NCBI GenBank assembly: GCA_965261735.1
Contig: OZ253470.1
Location: 736,001-800,000, forward strand
Origin: Alphaproteobacteria bacterium
GTDB lineage: Bacteria; Pseudomonadota; Alphaproteobacteria; SHVV01
Direction: 5' to 3'
DNA length: 64,000 bases
The position numbers were made by a program, and so were the translations under genes. Below are positions 57,479 to 64,000 of the stretch, in pieces. The notes beneath the pieces are model-generated. The model was not told the DNA's origin and did no database searches. It saw nothing but the letters and a program-made list of their open reading frames with translations. Each line of letters opens with the position of its first letter. Within the stretch, counting starts at the first letter, position 1.

Positions 57479-58387
57479 ATGGTGGACAACGCCGCGGGGG
57501 GGAGCGGAGCGGGTCCCGGAGGGGCCACGGCGGTACCCCTGCGCCCGGCGGCGCGGGCCAACGACCCGCAGCCGCTCATGGCGGGCAAGCGCGGCCTCAT
57601 CTTCGGGGTCGCCAACGACCATTCGATCGCCTGGGGGATGGCGCGCAGGCTGTACGGCCACGGCGCCGCGCTCGCCTTCACCTACCAGGATGAGGCCTTC
57701 CGCAAGCGCGTGGAGCCGCTCGCGCAATCGTTGGCGAGTCCGATCATTGCCGCGTGCGATGCGGAGGACGAGGACGCGCTCGATGCCGTCTTTGCCGCCG
57801 TCGAGCGCGAGTGGGGCGGGCTCGACTTCGTCATCCACGCCATCGCCTATTCCGATAAGGAGGAGCTGCGCGGGCGCTATCTCGATACCACGCGGGCGAA
57901 CTTCCGCCGCACGCTCCACGTCTCCTGCTTTACCTTTACCGACATCGCGCGGCGCGCCCATCGACTGATGTCGGACGGCGGAAGCCTGCTCACGCTGACC
58001 TATCTCGGTGCCGAGCGCGTGATGCCGAGCTACAACGTCATGGGCGTGGCCAAGGCGGCGCTGGAAGCGAGCGTGCGCTACCTGGCGGTCGATCTCGGCG
58101 GCGACGGCATCCGCGTCAACGCCATCTCGGCCGGGCCGATGCGCACCCTCGCGGGCTCGGCGATCGCCGATGCCCGCTATGTCTGGCACTACACCGGCGA
58201 ACACGCGCCGCTGCGGCGCAACCTAACGCTCGACGAGGTCGGCGATGCCGCCCTTTATCTACTGAGCGACCTCTCGCGCGGCGTCACCGGCGAGATCATG
58301 CACGTCGATTCCGGCTTCCACGCGGTCGGCATTCCCCCCAGCAACGGATCCCGGGACCGGGGCCCGCAGGGCGGCCGCCAGACCTGA
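57479..58387 (+). CDS. fabI: Enoyl-ACP reductase
   Basis: GVANDHSIAWG, YNVMGVAKAALE, ISAGPMRTLA; start could be the later M at 57578. Confidence 0.93.
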   Translation: MVDNAAGGSGAGPGGATAVPLRPAARANDPQPLMAGKRGLIFGVANDHSIAWGMARRLYGHGAALAFTYQDEAFRKRVEPLAQSLASPIIAACDAEDEDALDAVFAAVEREWGGLDFVIHAIAYSDKEELRGRYLDTTRANFRRTLHVSCFTFTDIARRAHRLMSDGGSLLTLTYLGAERVMPSYNVMGVAKAALEASVRYLAVDLGGDGIRVNAISAGPMRTLAGSAIADARYVWHYTGEHAPLRRNLTLDEVGDAALYLLSDLSRGVTGEIMHVDSGFHAVGIPPSNGSRDRGPQGGRQT

Positions 58388-58389
58388 CC

Positions 58390-60507
58390 CTACTCGCCGA
58401 CGCCGACCTGCTCGGGCGCCGGCTCCCCCTCCGCCTCGATCGCCTTGATGCTCAGGCGAACCTTGCCGCGGTCGTCGATGCCGAGCACCTTGACCCGGAC
58501 CTCATCGCCCTCGTTGACCACGTCGGTCACCTTGGCAACGCGGCGCGGCGCTAGCTCGCTGATGTGAACGAGGCCATCTCGATTGCCGATGAAGTTCACA
58601 AAGGCGCCGAAATCAACGACCTTGACCACCTTGCCGGTATAGATCACCCCGATCTCAGGCTCGGCCACGATGTCCTTGATCCAATCCATCGCCTTCTGTG
58701 ACGCTGCGACGTCGGCCGACGCGATCTTGATCGTGCCATCGTCGTTGATGTCGATCTTGGCGCCCGTGACCTCGCAGATCTCGCGCACGACCTTGCCCCC
58801 GGTGCCGATCACCTCGCGGATCTTTTCCCGCGGAATGGTGATGGTGGAGATGCGCGGCGCGTGATCCTTGACCGAATCGCGGGCCGCCGTCAGCGCCTTA
58901 CTCATTTCCCCGAGAATGTGCATCCGTCCGTCTCGCGCCTGGGCCAGCGCCGCGCTCATGATCTCCTCGGTGACGCCGGTGATCTTGATGTCCATCTGCA
59001 GCGCGGTCACGCCCTGGTCGGTGCCCGCGACCTTGAAGTCCATGTCGCCGAGATGGTCTTCGTCGCCCAGGATGTCGGATAAGATCGCATATTCCCCGTC
59101 ATCGAGGATGAGGCCCATGGCGATCCCCGCGCACGGCCGGCGCAGGGGCACGGCGGCGTCCATGAGCGACAGCGAAGCGCCGCACACGGTCGCCATCGAC
59201 GAGGAGCCGTTCGACTCGGTGATCTCGGAAACCACCCGGATGGTGTAGGGGAAGTCCTCGGGCGAGGGCATGAGCGCGTGCAACGCCCGCCAGGCGAGCT
59301 TGCCGTGGCCTATTTCGCGCCGCCCCGGACCGGTCATGAACTTGGTCTCGCCGGTCGAGTACGGCGGGAAGTTGTAGTGCAGCATGTAGTGCTGACGATA
59401 CTCACCCTCGAGCGCGTCGACGATCTGCTCGTCATCGCCCGTGCCCAGCGTGGTCACGACGATCGCTTGGGTCTCGCCGCGGGTGAACAGCGCCGCGCCG
59501 TGGGTGCGCGGCAGCACCCCGACTTCGGCCTGGATGGGTCTGACCGTCTTGGTATCGCGGCCGTCGATGCGCGTGCCGTTTTCGAGAATGGCGCGGCGCA
59601 CGATCCGTTTTTCGAGCTTCTTGAGCAGCGCCGTCACGGGCGCCGGGTCGTCGAACTCCGCCTCGAAGGCGGCCACCACGCGCTGGCGTACGGCATCGAG
59701 CTTGTCGCTCCGCGCCTGCTTGACCTGCTCGGCGTAGGCGGCGCGCAGGTCGGCTTCGGCCATCTCCGCGATGCGCGCGGCCAGGGCCTCCTCGCCGTCG
59801 TTGACGGGAACCACCCATGGCTCCTTGGCGCACGCCTCGGCCAGCCCGATGATGAGGTCGACGACCGGCTTGAAGCTTTCCTGGCCGAACGTCACCGCCC
59901 CCAGCATCACCTCCTCGGATAGCTCGCGGGCCTCGGACTCGACCATGAGCACAGCGTCGCCCGTGCCGGCGACCAACAGGTCTAGTTCGCTCGAGGCCAT
60001 TTCGTCGATCTGAGGATTGAGGACGTAGGCGCCATCGAAATAGCCGACGCGGGCGGCGGCGATGGGCCCGAGGAACGGGATCCCGGAGATCGTCAGCGCC
60101 GCCGACGCGCCGATCAGCGCCGGGATGTCGGGGTCGTTTTCGATGTCGTGCGACAGCACCGTGCAAATGACCTGGGTTTCGTTGCGAAAGCCCGCTGCGA
60201 AGAGCGGCCTGATCGGCCGGTCGATGAGGCGCGAGGTCAGCGTCTCCTTCTCCGTCGGTCGGCCTTCTCGCTTGAAGAAGCCGCCGGGTATCTTCCCGGC
60301 CGCGAAGGTCTTTTCCTGGTAGTTGACGGTGAGCGGAAAGAAATCGATGCCGGCGCGCGGCGTGCTTCGTGCCACCGCGGTGCAGAGCACGGTCGATTCG
60401 CCATAGCTCACCATGACCGCGCCATCTGCCTGGCGCGCCACCTTGCCGGTCTCGATCACGAGCCGGCGGCCGCCCCACTCCATCTCTCGTCTATGTACTT
60501 CGAACAT
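58390..60507 (-). CDS. pnp: Polyribonucleotide nucleotidyltransferase
   Basis: [37 protein letters not shown] and S1 domains. Confidence 0.98.
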   Translation of the reverse strand: MFEVHRREMEWGGRRLVIETGKVARQADGAVMVSYGESTVLCTAVARSTPRAGIDFFPLTVNYQEKTFAAGKIPGGFFKREGRPTEKETLTSRLIDRPIRPLFAAGFRNETQVICTVLSHDIENDPDIPALIGASAALTISGIPFLGPIAAARVGYFDGAYVLNPQIDEMASSELDLLVAGTGDAVLMVESEARELSEEVMLGAVTFGQESFKPVVDLIIGLAEACAKEPWVVPVNDGEEALAARIAEMAEADLRAAYAEQVKQARSDKLDAVRQRVVAAFEAEFDDPAPVTALLKKLEKRIVRRAILENGTRIDGRDTKTVRPIQAEVGVLPRTHGAALFTRGETQAIVVTTLGTGDDEQIVDALEGEYRQHYMLHYNFPPYSTGETKFMTGPGRREIGHGKLAWRALHALMPSPEDFPYTIRVVSEITESNGSSSMATVCGASLSLMDAAVPLRRPCAGIAMGLILDDGEYAILSDILGDEDHLGDMDFKVAGTDQGVTALQMDIKITGVTEEIMSAALAQARDGRMHILGEMSKALTAARDSVKDHAPRISTITIPREKIREVIGTGGKVVREICEVTGAKIDINDDGTIKIASADVAASQKAMDWIKDIVAEPEIGVIYTGKVVKVVDFGAFVNFIGNRDGLVHISELAPRRVAKVTDVVNEGDEVRVKVLGIDDRGKVRLSIKAIEAEGEPAPEQVGVGE

Positions 60508-60689
60508 TTCTCTTTCGTCCCTTCGTTTTTCCCCAGGGCAGCCCCGCCTTTCGGCGCTGCCCGGCGGCGTTATCATTGCCCCACGCCACCTCCGGGGCTT
60601 TCAAAGATCGATCGGTGAATTGACGCGATGCCGGAGGCCACGCGGCCCCGCGACCCGGCGCGCCGCCGGGTGAGTCGCGCCCTGTGCGC

Positions 60690-60959
60690 CTACTTGCGGA
60701 TCCCGAGGCGCTGGATGAGCGTCTTGTAGCGCTCGCTGTCCATGCGATCGAGGTAGTCGAGCAGGCGGCGGCGGCGGCTGACCATCATCAGCAGGCCGCG
60801 GCGCGAGTGGTTGTCCTTCTTGTGTGACCGGAAATGCTCGGTGAGGTTGTTGATGCGCTCGGTCAGGATGGCGACCTGCACCTCCGGCGACCCCGTGTCC
60901 CCGTTGGACCGACCGAACTCGCCAATGACCTCACTCTTGCGTTCCGCGGCAATCGACAT
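60690..60959 (-). CDS. rpsO: 30S ribosomal protein S15
   Basis: [22 protein letters not shown]. Confidence 0.97.
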   Translation of the reverse strand: MSIAAERKSEVIGEFGRSNGDTGSPEVQVAILTERINNLTEHFRSHKKDNHSRRGLLMMVSRRRRLLDYLDRMDSERYKTLIQRLGIRK

Positions 60960-60990
60960 CCGCACACCCCTTCTTCGATTGATCGTACGC

Positions 60991-61878
60991 TCACAAATTG
61001 AACACGCGCAACGGCCTCACCTCGCTTCCCGCGGCCCGTACCAGTGCCACCAGACGGCCTGCGGCCATCGCGCACACGGTGCCTTGTGGGATGCTCGAAA
61101 GCTCCACGGTGATGCCGTGGCTGAGGCGCTCGGCCTGGACCTGGGTCAGCTCCAGGGCGGGCATGCCCGATAGCGCGGCTTCCACCGGCAGCAGGGCCTT
61201 TGCGAGCGCCCGACTATGCCCCAGGGCCTCGAGATTATCCAGCGAAATCGCTTGCGCGGCCGTGAACGGGCCAACCCGCGTCCGCCTGAGCTCGCTGACG
61301 TAGGCGAGCGAGCCGAGACGGTGGGCGAGGTCGCGCGCCAGCGCCCGCACGTAGGTGCCCTTACCGCAGGCGACCTCGAACATGGCCCCGGCGGCGGTGC
61401 TCGCGACGCGCTCAATGCTGTGAATCTCGACGGTCCGCGGCGCGAGTTCGGGCGGGCGGCCGGCCCGGGCCAGGGCGTAGGCCCGCTCACCGCCCACCTT
61501 GAGCGCCGAATAGACGGGCGGCGTCTGCTCGATGCGGCCGACGAAGTGGGGTAGCGCGGCCGCGATCGCCAGATCCGTGGGACGCGCGGCCGACTCATCG
61601 GTCACCTCGCCGGTGCGATCGTCGGTCGCGCGTGATTGGCCCCAGACGACACTGAAACGGTACATTTTGCGGCCGTCGACGACGTGGGCCATGGTCTTCG
61701 TCGCTTCGCCCAGGGCGACGGGCAGCACGCCCGTGGCAAAGGGATCGAGCGTGCCGGCATGGCCCGCCTTGCGCGCGCCCATCAGGCGCTTGACCCGGGC
61801 GACGACGCGCGCCGATGTCGGACCTTCAGGCTTGTCGATGACGACCCAGCCGTGCACGGGCGCGGCGTCAGGAGGCAT
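60991..61878 (-). CDS. truB: tRNA pseudouridine-55 synthase
   Basis: [30 protein letters not shown]. Confidence 0.95.
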   Translation of the reverse strand: MPPDAAPVHGWVVIDKPEGPTSARVVARVKRLMGARKAGHAGTLDPFATGVLPVALGEATKTMAHVVDGRKMYRFSVVWGQSRATDDRTGEVTDESAARPTDLAIAAALPHFVGRIEQTPPVYSALKVGGERAYALARAGRPPELAPRTVEIHSIERVASTAAGAMFEVACGKGTYVRALARDLAHRLGSLAYVSELRRTRVGPFTAAQAISLDNLEALGHSRALAKALLPVEAALSGMPALELTQVQAERLSHGITVELSSIPQGTVCAMAAGRLVALVRAAGSEVRPLRVFNL

Positions 61879-62293
61879 CCGAATCGCCCTGAGCCTCGGC
61901 GGCGGGCTCGGCCGGAAGGTCGCGCGCGATATCGGGTCGGCGCAACAACGCGTCGATGTGGGCGGCGGCCTCGAACCCGCGATCGAGCTCGAACTCGAGC
62001 TCGGGCATGCGTTTGAGCGCGAGCTGGTGTGCAAGCCGCATCCTGAGGTGGGGCGCGCTGCGGCGCAGCCCGCCCAGGATGCGCTCGCCCTCGGCGCCGG
62101 CGAGCGGCAGGACGAACGCCGTGGCGCGCCTCAAATCGGGGCTCACGCGAACCTCGCTGACGGTGATCGATGTCGCGGCCAGGTCGGGATCATGGAGGTC
62201 GGCGCGGGAAAAAATCTCGGCCAGCGCATGACGTAGCGCCTCGCCCACCCTCAAGGGCCTCTGCCCACCGCCGCGCTGCGCTCCCTTGACCAT
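61868..62293 (-). CDS. rbfA: Ribosome-binding factor A
   Basis: QRPLRVGE, TVSEVRVSPDL, PELEF.LD. Confidence 0.93.
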   Translation of the reverse strand: MVKGAQRGGGQRPLRVGEALRHALAEIFSRADLHDPDLAATSITVSEVRVSPDLRRATAFVLPLAGAEGERILGGLRRSAPHLRMRLAHQLALKRMPELEFELDRGFEAAAHIDALLRRPDIARDLPAEPAAEAQGDSDAS

Positions 62294-62328
62294 GGCATGC
62301 CTCCGACGATCCCTTGACCGCCGTCCAC

Positions 62329-64000
62329 CTAGAGCGTGCGCGCCGTTTCCTCTACCTCGAAGGCCTCGACGGTGTCGCCCACCTGGATGTCCTGGTAGTT
62401 CTCGAACGACATCCCGCACTCGGTGCCATCGCGCACCTCACGGACATCGTCCTTGAAACGTTTCAGGGTCCCGAGTTGCCCCTCGTGGACGACGACGCTG
62501 TCGCGCAGCAGCCGCACGCGGGCGCCCTGGCGCATCACCCCCTCGGTCACACGGCAGCCCGCGATCTTGCCCGCCTTGCTGACCTTGAAGACCTCGAGAA
62601 TTTCGGCGTTGCCGAGGAACTGCTCGCGCAGCAGCGGCTTTAGCATACCGGTTAGGATCTGCTTGAAGTCGTCGATGAGCTCGTAAATCACCGAGTAGTA
62701 GCGTAGATCGATCTTGTCGCGACGCGCGATCTCACGGGCTTGGGCGTCGGCGCGCACGTTGAACCCGATCACCAGGGCCTTGGAAGCCGCGGCGAGTACG
62801 ATATCGGATTCGTTGATCCCGCCGACCCCGGCATGCAACACCCTGACCGCGACCTCGTCGCCGCCGAGGTTGCCGACAGCCCCAAGAATCGCCTCGAGCG
62901 ACCCATGGACGTCGGTTTTGATGACCACCGGCAGCTCGCTGACCCCGCCTGATTCGATTTCCGAGAACATCTGCTCGAGCGTGCCCGGGCCGGTCGTGCT
63001 GGCGCGCGCGTCGCGGGTGCGCCCCTGGCGGAACTCAGCGACCTGGCGCGCGCGCGTGTCGCTGTCGGCGACGACGAACTCATCGCCCGCATCGGGTACG
63101 TGGTTGAGGCCCAGCACCTCCACCGGGCTCGACGGGCCGGTACTTTCCACACGGCGCCCGCGGTCGTCATTCACTGCCCGGACCCGGCCCCACTGATCGC
63201 CGGCAACGAGGATGTCACCAATGCGCAGGCTTCCGCGTTGCACCAACACGGTCGCGACCACGCCGCGCCCGCGGTCGAGCCGCGCTTCGATCACGACCCC
63301 CTCGGCCGAGCGCTCCGGATTGGCGCGCAGATCAAGGACTTCGGCCTGGAGCAGGATGATTTCCTCGAGCTTGTCGAGGTTGGTCTTCTCCTTGGCCGAC
63401 ACCTCGACCGACAGGACCTCGCCGCCGAGCTCCTCGAGCACGATCTCGTGCTGGAGCAACTCGCGCCGCACCCGATCGGGGTCGGCATCGGGGCGGTCCA
63501 TCTTGTTCACCGCGACGATGATGGGCACGTTCGCGGCCTTGGCGTGATTGATCGCCTCAACGGTCTGCGGCATCACTCCGTCGTCGGCGGCCACCACCAG
63601 GACGACAAGGTCGGTCACGTGGGCCCCGCGGGCGCGCATGGCCGTGAACGCCTCATGGCCCGGGGTATCGATGAAGGTGATCTTGCCGCCCGACGCGGCC
63701 TGGATCTGATAGGCGCCGATATGTTGGGTAATGCCGCCGCGCTCGCCCTTGACGACATCGGTCTCGCGGATCGCGTCGAGAAGTGAGGTCTTGCCGTGAT
63801 CGACGTGACCCATCACGGTCACGACGGGGGGGCGATGCTCCAGCGTGGACTCCTCGTCGGCCTCGCCCTTCAGTCCGATCTCGACGTCGGAATCGCTGAC
63901 ACGCCTGAGCCGGTGGCCGAATTCGCCAACCAGGAGCTCGGCCGTATCCGCGTCGATCGACTGGTTGATCGTCGCCATCACGCCCATGGTCATCAGCGCC
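62329..64000 (-). CDS. infB: Translation initiation factor IF-2 (3' part, 5' end outside window)
   Basis: [35 protein letters not shown]. Confidence 0.98.
   Translation of the reverse strand, partial: ALMTMGVMATINQSIDADTAELLVGEFGHRLRRVSDSDVEIGLKGEADEESTLEHRPPVVTVMGHVDHGKTSLLDAIRETDVVKGERGGITQHIGAYQIQAASGGKITFIDTPGHEAFTAMRARGAHVTDLVVLVVAADDGVMPQTVEAINHAKAANVPIIVAVNKMDRPDADPDRVRRELLQHEIVLEELGGEVLSVEVSAKEKTNLDKLEEIILLQAEVLDLRANPERSAEGVVIEARLDRGRGVVATVLVQRGSLRIGDILVAGDQWGRVRAVNDDRGRRVESTGPSSPVEVLGLNHVPDAGDEFVVADSDTRARQVAEFRQGRTRDARASTTGPGTLEQMFSEIESGGVSELPVVIKTDVHGSLEAILGAVGNLGGDEVAVRVLHAGVGGINESDIVLAAASKALVIGFNVRADAQAREIARRDKIDLRYYSVIYELIDDFKQILTGMLKPLLREQFLGNAEILEVFKVSKAGKIAGCRVTEGVMRQGARVRLLRDSVVVHEGQLGTLKRFKDDVREVRDGTECGMSFENYQDIQVGDTVEAFEVEETARTL

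Overview
High-GC alphaproteobacterial chromosome segment (Rhodospirillales-like gene order, inferred). The core backbone is polA (5' end), tRNA-Arg(CCG)-glnS, gmhA-hldE-hldD, PBP1A-gyrB-recF-dnaN-dnaA-rpsT-mutM, ubiE-ubiB, coaBC-Rrf2-cysK-moeB, rubrerythrin/Fe-S/DUF3501, fabA-fabB-fabI and pnp-rpsO-truB-rbfA-infB (3' part). Four IS elements (IS1182, IS630, IS5, IS1595) have readable terminal inverted repeats, and three of them sit in CTAG/TTAG sites. There are three copies of a ~120-150 bp double-hairpin element, and many accessory genes are broken while the core genes are intact. The most unusual locus is a ~4.5 kb insert between ubiB and coaBC. It holds a decayed T4-lysozyme-like muramidase gene converging, with overlapping stop codons, on a secreted Cys/FG-GAP-motif protein. 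A diverged tandem copy carries a second, intact secreted paralogue plus only the last 57 codons of another muramidase allele. This looks like a cell-wall toxin/immunity locus with an orphan cassette. A second candidate is a zinc-ribbon/class III cyclase/STAND ATPase/Cys-rich TPR gene (split by IS1182) paired with a CPFC redoxin. All calls come from reading the sequence by eye; no database searches were run.
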